From positions 1 to 40,378 of the IMG/VR virus record IMGVR_UViG_3300020161_001615: a stretch of 40,378 nt of DNA; one strand, written 5' to 3'. The stretch is from a virus. Taxonomy: Duplodnaviria; Caudoviricetes. Below are positions 1-8,820 of the stretch, piece after piece. Position 1 is the first letter of the stretch. Each line of letters starts with the position of its first letter. The notes below the pieces were generated by a model. The model had not been told where the DNA came from and ran no database searches. It was given only the letters and a program-made list of their open reading frames with translations. The position numbers and the translations under genes are program-made.

Positions 1-2003
1 ATATTAGATTCACTACTAAATAATTCCTGAGGGTCTTCATTATCCTTTAAAGGTAATTCAACAACTTTTTTAGCACCATCTAAATAATGTGCCCCACTAT
101 TTTTAGGGCCATATTTAATTAAACCGTTATCACCTACTAATATTAAGTCGTGAACAATATCATCACAATCAATACCATTACCGTTAACAATAATATATTC
201 TAAGTCTTTAAAAGGACTATAAGACCTATAACCATCAATATGTGGTAACATTTCTTTTTCTTCTTCAGATTCAAATAAACCAAAATGTTCAGGTTGTTCT
301 AAGTCAGGTTGTAATCTATAATTAGTCGTTAGTTCCTCCCCTTTTTTAATCGGTCTTGAAGCGACTAAAAATCTTTTTTTATCTTTTAAAACATTATGAC
401 AATTAGGTTCGTCACTATGATTGTGCATTTTACCTAATTCAGTAAAGTCATAACTAACACCAGGTTGATTTATCGTGTGTAAAATACCTATTGTTTCGTT
501 TTCATCCAAATCGTTCTTAGCGAATGAACCTTTACCGTGAATACCACTTTTATCTACATAATATTTTTTAATATCAACGTTTTCGGTAATATTACTTGAT
601 TCGTTATTGATTTTATCTTTAAGTTGTTTAACAAATTCATTTTGAACCATTTTAGTAAATTTAACATATGGTGAATCGTCAGATTCAGGATTGTATTTAT
701 AAGTCCCTTGTGGAGGTCTACTAGCCCTACCTAAATAATTAAGTCCTGAGATGTTTGTAATACATTTATGTCCACCACTATTTGCCTGAATTAAGTCCCA
801 AGCAGAAACCCCTATATTATCTAATAAAGACATTTCTTCTTCTGTCAAATCAGATGTAGGTTTATTCATTAGTTCTCTAACTCTCATTAGATAATCCGCA
901 CCACCATCCATAGATTTAAACTTATCACCATATAGTGCCGTAAAGTCCTTGAAGGTGAATCCTACTGATTCAGGTCCGAATCCTTTAGAAGATTCCGATA
1001 TCCATTTTATTGTGGATAATGAAACTTTCTTTTCCTTAAGTTGTGATTCCCATTTAGATAAAACCTCTTGTGCAATCTCACCAAGATTTACCCCTTTTAA
1101 TTCTCTTTCTTTTTTAAATGGATTACAAGAGGCTTGAACCAATCCTAATGGCCAAGCAATAACCAAGAAATCCGCTTCAGGATTATTTTTAAATGGAGTA
1201 TATCTATCATAGGAACCTGGCTTCATCATACTACCACCACCATATTGAACAATGATATTATCATCAATTCTAACATTAGGGTGTGATTTCATTTGTTGAA
1301 CGTACCCTTCTTTATTTTTTTCTAATTCAAATTCTTTGGGAAATCCTTTTTCACCCATAATTTTCTTTATCTCAGTAAAGATACTCATTAGTGAAGGTTG
1401 ACACTTCATAACCAATTCTTCAAGAAAACCTGGTTTGTTTTTAAATGCTAATAATAATTTGTTAGTTACTAACCCTAATAAAGTTTTGTTTTTAGATAAT
1501 CCAGAATCTTTATCAAATCGATAAATATAATTCATAACCATATCAGGAGTTATTTCATTTTTAGCATAATCTGCACTATCAACCATTGAGATTAAGAAAA
1601 TGTCTTTAGCTGGAAATAAATCACCAGGAGATACTACCTGTGAAATAGTTTCAACGTTTGAACGTGAATGTCTAAAAGAAGTTGATTTAGTATCTTCAGC
1701 ACCCGCTTGTCTGTCGTGATGGTCTGTATGGATAACAAACATTGGTTTTCCGTGTGCAAAGTCTACTAAAACTGGCATAGTGTCACCTTGAGCATCATTC
1801 TTTTTTACTGAAAATTCTTTATCACCGTATTGGATTACGTGAGCATCAACTACTTTAATACCGTTATTCTCAAGGTATTTTTTCATTGCGATTGCGGTAG
1901 TTACACCATCTAAATCTTGGTGAAAATATATCTCCGCTTTTGGATATCTTTTTTTAAGTAGGTTAATATCTCTTAACCCAGATTCTTTTAAAATTCTTTT
2001 CAT
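1..2003 (-). CDS. Multidomain protein (3' end outside window): DHH/DHHA1 phosphoesterase + SET domain + unknown domain
   Basis: Hand-translated from ATG at 2003 (MKRILKESGLRDIN...), no stop before the window edge. DHH motifs: HQDLDG (1905-1922), LVD, DHH (1716-1724), GGH (768-776). SET motifs: SGIHGKGSFA, NHSDEPNC, ASRPIKKGEELTTNY (~315-566). Absent from the ORF track, presumably because it has no stop in the window. Confidence 0.88.
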   Translation of the reverse strand, partial: MKRILKESGLRDINLLKKRYPKAEIYFHQDLDGVTTAIAMKKYLENNGIKVVDAHVIQYGDKEFSVKKNDAQGDTMPVLVDFAHGKPMFVIHTDHHDRQAGAEDTKSTSFRHSRSNVETISQVVSPGDLFPAKDIFLISMVDSADYAKNEITPDMVMNYIYRFDKDSGLSKNKTLLGLVTNKLLLAFKNKPGFLEELVMKCQPSLMSIFTEIKKIMGEKGFPKEFELEKNKEGYVQQMKSHPNVRIDDNIIVQYGGGSMMKPGSYDRYTPFKNNPEADFLVIAWPLGLVQASCNPFKKERELKGVNLGEIAQEVLSKWESQLKEKKVSLSTIKWISESSKGFGPESVGFTFKDFTALYGDKFKSMDGGADYLMRVRELMNKPTSDLTEEEMSLLDNIGVSAWDLIQANSGGHKCITNISGLNYLGRASRPPQGTYKYNPESDDSPYVKFTKMVQNEFVKQLKDKINNESSNITENVDIKKYYVDKSGIHGKGSFAKNDLDENETIGILHTINQPGVSYDFTELGKMHNHSDEPNCHNVLKDKKRFLVASRPIKKGEELTTNYRLQPDLEQPEHFGLFESEEEKEMLPHIDGYRSYSPFKDLEYIIVNGNGIDCDDIVHDLILVGDNGLIKYGPKNSGAHYLDGAKKVVELPLKDNEDPQELFSSESN

Positions 2004-2006
2004 ATA

Positions 2007-2393
2007 TTAATCCCACCCTAACCAGTGCATAGCTTTATCAAAAAGGTCACCTTCATCTGATTTACATTGATTGAACAAATCTCTGTCTTTTTGTGGCATT
2101 TTAGACATTGTATCATAACCCCATACACCGTCTTGGTCTACATTAATCATACCTTGATATTTGAAAATTGCTTGTGCAGTTTTTGAATTAGGATAATTAC
2201 CGATGCTACCGTCAACCTCTAATGAATTTCCTGCGTCATCTTTAACACCTTTTTTATTTAGGAAACATTGTACTCCTCTTTTAAAATTATATTCTTCTAA
2301 TTGTTCAAATAAGTTTCCTTTGGTTTTTTCTTCTTGGTGTAATTTAAGAATTGAATCTCTTTCTGACTCATTTATAATAAATCTCTTATTCAT
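2007..2393 (-). CDS. Peptidoglycan-binding domain (PG_binding_1-like) protein
   Basis: VDGSIG..SKTAQAIFKYQ...DQDGVWGYDT matches the PG-binding repeat; N-terminal FIINESE leader. Confidence 0.75.
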   Translation of the reverse strand: MNKRFIINESERDSILKLHQEEKTKGNLFEQLEEYNFKRGVQCFLNKKGVKDDAGNSLEVDGSIGNYPNSKTAQAIFKYQGMINVDQDGVWGYDTMSKMPQKDRDLFNQCKSDEGDLFDKAMHWLGWD

Positions 2394-2410
2394 AATAAAT
2401 TGTTTTAGTT

Positions 2411-2418
2411 ATAAATAT
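2411..2418 (-). promoter_or_regulatory. ATATTTAT element (putative late promoter)
   Basis: Sense-strand ATATTTAT 17 nt upstream of ATG 2393; recurs before 7 other starts. Confidence 0.55.
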
Positions 2419-2427
2419 TCAGGAAAT

Positions 2428-2452
2428 AAAAAAAGGGGTTATAAAACCCCTT
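2428..2452 (-). terminator. Intrinsic terminator overlapping methyltransferase stop
   Basis: aaggggtt-ataa-aacccctt stem-loop followed by a U-tract on the minus strand. Confidence 0.75.
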
Positions 2453-3293
2453 CAATTACTAATTGTTTTTTCTTTTCAACGAATTCTTTTACTCGTTTTC
2501 TTGCAACATCACTATAAGATTCTGAAAGTTCAATACCAATCCATCTTCTATCATTAACTTCAGCGGCAACCAAGCTAGTACCTGAACCTGCAAATGGGTC
2601 AAGAACAATATCATTACGATAAGTTAATATTTTGATTGCTTTAGCTGGAATATCCATAGAGAAAGTGGCTTTAGTCATCTGTTTTGTGTCTGCAAAATAT
2701 TCCCATTGTCCATAAACTAAACTCATAAACTCTTTCTTAGCATCATCAGTATACATAATCTTTTTCTTAAATGTACCATCGGCTTGTTCCATATCAACAG
2801 GTTCACCAACCCATTGAGGTTCTCCTTTATCTTGTTTCTTAGAATTAATTTTGTAACCCAATATTACACACTCTTTTGGATTGTATATATACGGTGATGA
2901 TGGTGACATCCAAGACCCCCAAGCAGTTGTCTTACTTCTATGAGGTGATTGTTCGTCTAAATCAACTAACCCAAAGAATTTAAACCCAACTTGTTTCATA
3001 ATCATCCAAAATTCGGCCATAAATAAAATACGACCTCCTCTGTCTTGGACGTTAACTTCATATGGGATATTAACCGCAATTCTACCTCCAACTTTTAGAG
3101 TTCGATAAGATTCTGTTAACCATTGTTTAGTGAAATCCCAATATTCATCCATACTCATCCTATCGTCGTGACTATCGTATTCAATCCCAACATTATATGG
3201 AGGAGAGGTAACGACTAAATCTATTGAGTTTTCAGGAAATTTACTCATTTCTTCGATACAATCTCCATTTATTATTCTTTGTGTTTCTATCAT
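2439..3293 (-). CDS. Orphan DNA methyltransferase, N4/N6 family, beta class (likely m4C)
   Basis: N-terminal TSPPY catalytic motif, C-terminal DPFAGSGT SAM-binding motif. Confidence 0.92.
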   Translation of the reverse strand: MIETQRIINGDCIEEMSKFPENSIDLVVTSPPYNVGIEYDSHDDRMSMDEYWDFTKQWLTESYRTLKVGGRIAVNIPYEVNVQDRGGRILFMAEFWMIMKQVGFKFFGLVDLDEQSPHRSKTTAWGSWMSPSSPYIYNPKECVILGYKINSKKQDKGEPQWVGEPVDMEQADGTFKKKIMYTDDAKKEFMSLVYGQWEYFADTKQMTKATFSMDIPAKAIKILTYRNDIVLDPFAGSGTSLVAAEVNDRRWIGIELSESYSDVARKRVKEFVEKKKQLVIEGVL

Positions 3294-3306
3294 TTTTTAT
3301 AATTTT

Positions 3307-3432
3307 TTACATCCATCCTCTACCAGACTTCTCCATAGATTTAATTCTATGTTCTTCAACAAATTCTAAAAACTTTATAAGTTCTTTAAAAGTGTCGATT
3401 AACTTGTTTTTTAACTTTATTAGTATTTCCAT
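3307..3432 (-). CDS. Small hypothetical protein (41 aa)
   Basis: Hand-translated MEILIKLKNKLIDTFKELIKFLEFVEEHRIKSMEKSGRGWM; fills a gap in a minus-strand run. Confidence 0.55.
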   Translation of the reverse strand: MEILIKLKNKLIDTFKELIKFLEFVEEHRIKSMEKSGRGWM

Positions 3433-3511
3433 AAGCATCACAATCAATAGTTTTAGTTGATTTACAACTGTATGTGATTAACACGAGTGTTAATAATAGT
3501 ATTCTTTTCAT
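3386..3511 (-). CDS. Small putative lipoprotein (41 aa)
   Basis: Hand-translated MKRILLLTLVLITYSC-KSTKTIDCDAYG...; basic start, hydrophobic core, lipobox-like Cys. Confidence 0.6.
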   Translation of the reverse strand: MKRILLLTLVLITYSCKSTKTIDCDAYGNTNKVKKQVNRHF

Positions 3512-3524
3512 AGAATATCAAATT

Positions 3525-3824
3525 TTAATTTAAAGAGTATTCCCAATCATCATTGGTTTTATTTGCAGTAATATCTAAATCTAAAAACACTGCATTTTGT
3601 TCTCCAGCATACAGACCTAAAATATTATAATCATAAAATTCTTCAGCTTCTCCTTGGGTCATTAAATCTCTCTCCATAAGAATGTTTAAAATTTTTGATT
3701 TTGAATATAAAATTCTTCTTCCATTACCGAACTCTTCAACAATACCAATAATCGCTTCTTCAAGACCATCAAGTAATATTGCTCCTTGAGCATAATCGTG
3801 TATGTCTACAGTTATGTTGTTCAT
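3525..3824 (-). CDS. Phage hypothetical protein
   Basis: ORF in operon; DGLEEAIIG...EAEEFYDYNILG pattern recalled from phage hypothetical proteins. Confidence 0.7.
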   Translation of the reverse strand: MNNITVDIHDYAQGAILLDGLEEAIIGIVEEFGNGRRILYSKSKILNILMERDLMTQGEAEEFYDYNILGLYAGEQNAVFLDLDITANKTNDDWEYSLN

Positions 3825-4039
3825 TTTTTTGTGTTGAAGTATTTCTCAATCGCTTCTAATTTATCGTCAGCGTCAACTAATAATGTTAGAGCTTCAGAAG
3901 CGTCTTTAAAAAAATCATTTGCCGTATGGTCTCCAATACCAACTGCTTGATTTTCCAATAAATCTAATGCCATCATAGCCTTTGCCTTATCCGCCAATGC
4001 TTGAGCTTTTAACGCTTCAATAACCTTACTTTTTTTCAT
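3821..4039 (-). CDS. Hypothetical protein
   Basis: Helical ORF; stop overlaps the next start. Confidence 0.7.
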   Translation of the reverse strand: MKKSKVIEALKAQALADKAKAMMALDLLENQAVGIGDHTANDFFKDASEALTLLVDADDKLEAIEKYFNTKK

Positions 4040-4259
4040 TTTTTTTACGTTTTGTTTGTTTTGGTTTAATATTAGTTAAAGTATTTTCTTCAAGTTCTTT
4101 TTCAAATATAACTTCTTTTTTATCATCTTTAATTTTATTAACTCTTTTTTTAGTTAATTCACCTTCAATGATTACTTTAAAATCGTTTTTAGAAGTTTCT
4201 TTATTTTCTTTTTTTTGTTTACTAAAAATTAGTTTGAAAAATTTTTCAAATAAGTTCAT
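4026..4259 (-). CDS. Lys-rich hypothetical protein
   Basis: ORF overlapping both neighbours in operon. Confidence 0.6.
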   Translation of the reverse strand: MNLFEKFFKLIFSKQKKENKETSKNDFKVIIEGELTKKRVNKIKDDKKEVIFEKELEENTLTNIKPKQTKRKKNEKK

Positions 4260-4543
4260 ATTATATTATTTTTTAAATTGTTTATTTTTCTTTCAAGGTA
4301 CCATAAAGCCTTTTTTAAATCTTGTAATTCTTTATCAACATCTTTTTTACCCGCTCTTGAGATATATTTTACAGTATTACCAAGATGAAAATCTAAATCC
4401 CAAGCCTCAATAACTTTAATTGCCTCATATGGATTCGATTCTCCACCATAATGATTAGGATGATTAACCTGTTCATTAGGGATATTACATTGACATTTAC
4501 CGTCTCCACCATTTAATGGATTACACACACAATTTTTATCCAT
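4256..4543 (-). CDS. DUF3310 family protein
   Basis: VNHPNHY...EAIKVIEAW...LGNTVKYISRAGKK...DLKKALWYL. Confidence 0.88.
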   Translation of the reverse strand: MDKNCVCNPLNGGDGKCQCNIPNEQVNHPNHYGGESNPYEAIKVIEAWDLDFHLGNTVKYISRAGKKDVDKELQDLKKALWYLERKINNLKNNII

Positions 4544-4544
4544 A

Positions 4545-5684
4545 TTACTCTTCTCTATATTCTTTTAATAACTCTTCGTTAGATAAGATACCATTATATT
4601 TTTCACTCAATTTTCTAGTATCAACGTCTTCGTACATTGCGTGTAATGTTAAATTTAATTCTTCTGATAAATCTAAAGATTCTGAAATAACATTAATGAT
4701 TTTATATGGGTCCGCGTTAGAACCAGGTCGTCTATCTTCTAAGTAACCTTTCCAACTTAATCCTACAGATTTAGGTATTCTTATTGAAGCTCCTCTATCA
4801 CCGATTCCCCAAGTAAACTTATCAATAGACTGTGTTTCAAACTTACCCGTTAATCTTAAATGATTGTTTGACCCATAATTTTCTATGTGAGCACCTAATC
4901 TTGATTCAAAAACTTTAAAGATTGAATTGAAGTACTCCTCTCCTCCTGTTTCTCTCATTCGTTTGTTTGAGAAATTAGTGTGTAATCCTGAACCATTCCA
5001 TTCTCCTTTAGTAATTGGTTTAGGATGTAATTCAATTTGTAATCCGTGTTTCTCCGCTAATTTAAATAGAAAATATCTTGACATCCATAGGTCGTCCGAT
5101 GATTTTAATTTACCTTTAGCAAATATTTGATACTCCCATTGTCCTAAAGCCACTTCAGCATTAGTACCTTCTATATCAATACCATAATCTAAACACATAT
5201 CTAAATGTTCATCAGATAATTGTCTTCCCCACATTTGTCCTCCAACACCACAGTAATAAGTCCCTTGTGGGTCAATTATACCTCCGTTATGAAAACCAAG
5301 AACTTCTTTATTATGACCTGAACGAATAAAATATTCTTGTTCAAATCCAACCCAAAAATCACTATCTTCTGAACCTATTTTAAATCTATTATTAGTTTCG
5401 TGAGGTTGATTGTTTTTATCATAAACTTCACAAAGTACGTAAATCAAAGGATAGTTATCATCATTCTGAATATGACTTCGATAAAGTTTAACAGGTTTTA
5501 AATAACAGTCTGAAGAGTATCCTTCAGCTTGTAATGTCGAACTACCATCAAAACCCCATTCAGGAATTTCATTAATATTCAACGCAACAATACTTTGTTT
5601 AGTATTAATAACTTTAATCTTACTTCTAAGGTTCGGTTCTGGTTTATACCCATCCAACCAAACATATTCTAATTTAATTTTCAT
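4545..5684 (-). CDS. glnII: Glutamine synthetase type II
   Basis: EYVWLDG, WGFDGSST, GFEQEY, QGTYYCGVG, NAEVALGQWEYQ, HPKP..GEWNGSGLHTNFS, RLTGKFET, DRGASIRIP, GYLEDRRPGSNADPY. Confidence 0.95.
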   Translation of the reverse strand: MKIKLEYVWLDGYKPEPNLRSKIKVINTKQSIVALNINEIPEWGFDGSSTLQAEGYSSDCYLKPVKLYRSHIQNDDNYPLIYVLCEVYDKNNQPHETNNRFKIGSEDSDFWVGFEQEYFIRSGHNKEVLGFHNGGIIDPQGTYYCGVGGQMWGRQLSDEHLDMCLDYGIDIEGTNAEVALGQWEYQIFAKGKLKSSDDLWMSRYFLFKLAEKHGLQIELHPKPITKGEWNGSGLHTNFSNKRMRETGGEEYFNSIFKVFESRLGAHIENYGSNNHLRLTGKFETQSIDKFTWGIGDRGASIRIPKSVGLSWKGYLEDRRPGSNADPYKIINVISESLDLSEELNLTLHAMYEDVDTRKLSEKYNGILSNEELLKEYREE

Positions 5685-5905
5685 AATTTAATAAAATGAT
5701 ATTTACCGAGTTTAAATGATTTTTTATATCCGTTTCTGACTGAAAATAATGGTTTTTTAGTAACAACAATACCTTTTTCATTATTACCTAATTTAAGATA
5801 AAAGGAATTATCGTTTAATCCGAGTAAAATAGGATAACCCAACAATTTAATAAAATGTTGAGTTCCATACCCATCAATTTTGTAGGTTTTCTTTTGAAAG
5901 AACAT
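5681..5905 (-). CDS. Hypothetical protein
   Basis: Track ORF 5681..5944; ATG at 5905 (MFFQKK) preferred because it reduces overlap. Confidence 0.55.
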   Translation of the reverse strand: MFFQKKTYKIDGYGTQHFIKLLGYPILLGLNDNSFYLKLGNNEKGIVVTKKPLFSVRNGYKKSFKLGKYHFIKL

Positions 5906-6074
5906 AATATTCTTTCGCGTATTTACTTTCCTCGATTTCCCCATTATCGGTCAATATTTTTAATATTTCTTTAGTTTTATTAATGTCTTCTTTAATGATA
6001 TATTCACTTATGTAATTAATGTGTACTGGTTGTCTTAATTTAGATATTAAAAGTTTTTTTTGATTTTTAGTCAT
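5874..6074 (-). CDS. Small protein, possible winged-helix DNA binder
   Basis: LRQPVHINYISE...TKEILKILTDNGEIEE...YYVL resembles a wHTH pattern. Confidence 0.55.
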   Translation of the reverse strand: MTKNQKKLLISKLRQPVHINYISEYIIKEDINKTKEILKILTDNGEIEESKYAKEYYVLSKENLQN

Positions 6075-6261
6075 TTAATTTAGAAATTTTAAGTTTAATA
6101 TCTTCATCCGAAACTCCTTTAATATATAGTTTATATACTTCAGACGCTAAAGAATCCATAAAGATTAAAGCGTCGGCTTTGAATAATTTCTCTAATGTTG
6201 AATCTCCGTTTAAGTAGGTCTCTATAACCTTTTTATCCACAAATCTTTTATTAAACCCCAT
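6067..6261 (-). CDS. Hypothetical protein
   Basis: First ORF after the promoter at 6281-6309. Confidence 0.7.
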   Translation of the reverse strand: MGFNKRFVDKKVIETYLNGDSTLEKLFKADALIFMDSLASEVYKLYIKGVSDEDIKLKISKLND

Positions 6262-6280
6262 ACAAAAATAATTTTACCTA

Positions 6281-6309
6281 AGAATAAACTTAAAAAACCA
6301 TATAGTCAA
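6281..6309 (-). promoter_or_regulatory. Sigma70-consensus-like promoter TTGACT-N17-TATTCT
   Basis: Exact 17-nt spacing, intergenic, oriented into the GSII operon. Confidence 0.65.
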
Positions 6310-6311
6310 AA

Positions 6312-7088
6312 CTAATCTTCAATTTTTTTTATATTTTCTAATCTAACACTTTGTAAAACGTAAGACATTAGTTTTCTTTTAAACAAAGGAACTAAAGTTT
6401 CACTTAAAGGGTATTCCTCTGAAGCCCTCATATCAAATACAGGTGAATTTTTTTTATCTTTTTCTGAATAATCAGAATAAATTTCAATTATCTGATTAAA
6501 AGTAAATTCTTTTTTATTCCCTTCGTATATCAAGTTTAACTCAATATGATGCTCATTTGCATTTTTTGCAAATTCATAAAGTGAATATTGCCAAACATAT
6601 ACTTTATTATTTCTTTTATCAGTATAAGTCATATAACCTATACCGTTTTTCATATACCTTTTATTTCTTTTTAAAGTTATTGAAATGGTATCATAAATTA
6701 TACTCCAATATGATTTTACAATACTAAAATATTCAAAAAATTTTGCAGAAGAATACCTTAAGATAGTATCAATCTCTTTAGTTTCTTCTTGATTTAAATT
6801 TGGTAGTGTTTTAACTAATAAGTCTTTGAATAAGACTTCGTCATCGTAACTTTTAAAAACTTTCTCAGTGTATAATATCACATTTTCCTTTAATAAGGTT
6901 TGTAAACTAGCAAGATGTAATGAAAGTTCTATAAATGTTGGGTATATTTTATTTTGATTAAGTAAATCGTCTATTTTTTTAAAATAACCAAGTAGAACAT
7001 ATTTTTTATGCTCAAAATCAATTGGTTCTTGAATTAACCAATCAGTGTCCATTAAAAGTTTTATGTCTTTTTTTTCCTCTGTCTCCAT
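6312..7088 (-). CDS. Hypothetical protein
   Basis: 258-aa ORF, no recognised motif. Confidence 0.8.
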   Translation of the reverse strand: METEEKKDIKLLMDTDWLIQEPIDFEHKKYVLLGYFKKIDDLLNQNKIYPTFIELSLHLASLQTLLKENVILYTEKVFKSYDDEVLFKDLLVKTLPNLNQEETKEIDTILRYSSAKFFEYFSIVKSYWSIIYDTISITLKRNKRYMKNGIGYMTYTDKRNNKVYVWQYSLYEFAKNANEHHIELNLIYEGNKKEFTFNQIIEIYSDYSEKDKKNSPVFDMRASEEYPLSETLVPLFKRKLMSYVLQSVRLENIKKIED

Positions 7089-7141
7089 AATAGGATTATT
7101 ATAATTGAATTATAATATAATACAGAGAAAGTTGAATAGTT

Positions 7142-8521
7142 TTAATCTACCCTCATTACAATAAATGTTTCACCGTCTATGGTTACCTCATCATAATTTC
7201 CATCATACCCATTTAGAATATGACCATAACCATCACTATCGATTATATCCTGTATCGCACTTTCGGTATCAATGTATTCACTAATTTTCATACCCCAATC
7301 TTTCATATAATCAATTAAGTTTCTTCTGACATCATACAACATCTCTTCAACTTTATTGTCAATCATATCTTGATTTGGCTCACCATCTGGTTCCATATCA
7401 TCAATCTCTTCTTGTAATGAGTCAATATGGTTTTGTATTTGGTCGTACATTCTTGAGTATTCATCAGGTTCCTCTATTTCACTATCAAGGTTTTCTTGTT
7501 TTTCCTCCCATTGACGAATCTCATCTTCAAGTTGTTCCTTTCTTCTTTCTTGTTCAGAACTTAATTCAAAATCGTCTTCGTTGAAATAGACTTCAGGGTT
7601 TTCCGCAACATCATATTCATAATGGTCTCTGAAATAATCTAAAACTTCTTCTTCATTTATATGATTTTCTAAAAAACTTTCAGTGAAGTAATGTTCAGGG
7701 CTATCAAATTGGTCTTCTAATAATTGTTTACAGGATTCTTCAGCCTCGTATTCAGTACCAACGGCATAACCAGAATTTTCTAAATCATCGTATCCAACAA
7801 CTTCAAATTTAGACATTTTATAAAAACCGTAATCCTCAGGTATTAAATGATAAACGTCTAATTTTTCATTTATCTCATTAATCTCATCCTCAACGGTTTC
7901 TATATCCGAGTATATGTCAGTTAAGTCTCTACCTTCACTATCATATTGTTTCTCTTTTTCCAAAAGAGAATCTAATTGTTTTTCAAGTTCAATTAATCTA
8001 TTACTATCTTCTTCGTCCCTAACACTAACACTCCTATCAATTGATTGTATGTATTCTATTACTGCTCTTGCTCTAACTCCAACTTCATCACCACTATCTT
8101 CACTCCATTCTCCTGATTCTCTCCTTTCTTGAGCGTCAGATAATTTACCTTGTTTTATTTTTTGTTTACGTATTTTATCAACACCACTATCGTAATCACT
8201 TACTCTACCTTTAACATTAATAAAAGAAATATCATTTATACCTGTTCTACTAATATCTAAATCACCCTCAACATAACCAACACCTTCTAAACTTTTAATT
8301 GGTAAATCTTTAACTGATAGATTACCAGTTATCCATATTTTCTTTCCTCGGTATTGTGGTAGCATACTAACACCTTTAGCGTTATAGCTGGCGTATTTCA
8401 TAATATCCAAATATTGTTCAGGTGAAATCTTAACCCACTCATCAGTTTCATCTTGTTCAAACAAAACTTTACTGATAATGTTTTTCAAATTAGATTCAGT
8501 TACTTTTATAATTCTTCCCAT
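7142..8521 (-). CDS. Acidic coiled-coil protein with L/I-x-E leader and short LRR-like segment
   Basis: MGRIIKVTESNLKNIISKVLFEQ leader; ITGNLSVKDLPIKSLEGVGYVEGDLDISRTGI repeat; D/E-rich. Confidence 0.75.
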   Translation of the reverse strand: MGRIIKVTESNLKNIISKVLFEQDETDEWVKISPEQYLDIMKYASYNAKGVSMLPQYRGKKIWITGNLSVKDLPIKSLEGVGYVEGDLDISRTGINDISFINVKGRVSDYDSGVDKIRKQKIKQGKLSDAQERRESGEWSEDSGDEVGVRARAVIEYIQSIDRSVSVRDEEDSNRLIELEKQLDSLLEKEKQYDSEGRDLTDIYSDIETVEDEINEINEKLDVYHLIPEDYGFYKMSKFEVVGYDDLENSGYAVGTEYEAEESCKQLLEDQFDSPEHYFTESFLENHINEEEVLDYFRDHYEYDVAENPEVYFNEDDFELSSEQERRKEQLEDEIRQWEEKQENLDSEIEEPDEYSRMYDQIQNHIDSLQEEIDDMEPDGEPNQDMIDNKVEEMLYDVRRNLIDYMKDWGMKISEYIDTESAIQDIIDSDGYGHILNGYDGNYDEVTIDGETFIVMRVD

Positions 8522-8526
8522 TGTTT

Positions 8527-8545
8527 ATAAATATACTATAAATAC
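8527..8545 (-). promoter_or_regulatory. Tandem (A/G)TATTTAT elements
   Basis: ATATTTAT at 8527-8534 and GTATTTAT at 8538-8545, just upstream of ATG 8521. Confidence 0.55.
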
Positions 8546-8601
8546 TAACATATATTATTCTAAGAATTAAAATTAATATTGACATTAAATCTTAATTGGT
8601 G

Positions 8602-8609
8602 ATATTTAT
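8602..8609 (+). promoter_or_regulatory. ATATTTAT element
   Basis: 32 nt upstream of ATG 8642. Confidence 0.45.
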
Positions 8610-8641
8610 AGGGATAATAAACCACATTAATATCAATCACT

Positions 8642-8797
8642 ATGGGATGCGGATGTAAAAATAAAAATGCCACGACAACACAACAGCCTCAAACTGTTCA
8701 AACTCAAACTCAAAGTCAAACAACTCAAGAGTCAAAAAGTCAATCTGTTCAAGAAGCGATTAAAAAGACAATAGAAAAGTACTACACTAAGAGATAA
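8642..8797 (+). CDS. Small MGCGCK protein (51 aa)
   Basis: Hand-translated MGCGCKNKNATTTQQPQTVQTQTQSQTTQESKSQSVQEAIKKTIEKYYTKR; own upstream element and downstream terminator. Confidence 0.75.
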   Translation: MGCGCKNKNATTTQQPQTVQTQTQSQTTQESKSQSVQEAIKKTIEKYYTKR

Positions 8798-8820
8798 CAT
8801 AATTTGGGTCTAAAATTTTT

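Noticed and set aside
2410-2417. T4-type late promoter TATAAATA on the plus strand
   Set aside because: Points away from the adjacent gene start; plus-strand genes show the motif as ATATTTAT, so that is the sense orientation
8579-8607. TTGACA promoter upstream of the MGCGCK gene
   Set aside because: No good -10 at 17 nt spacing; left uncalled
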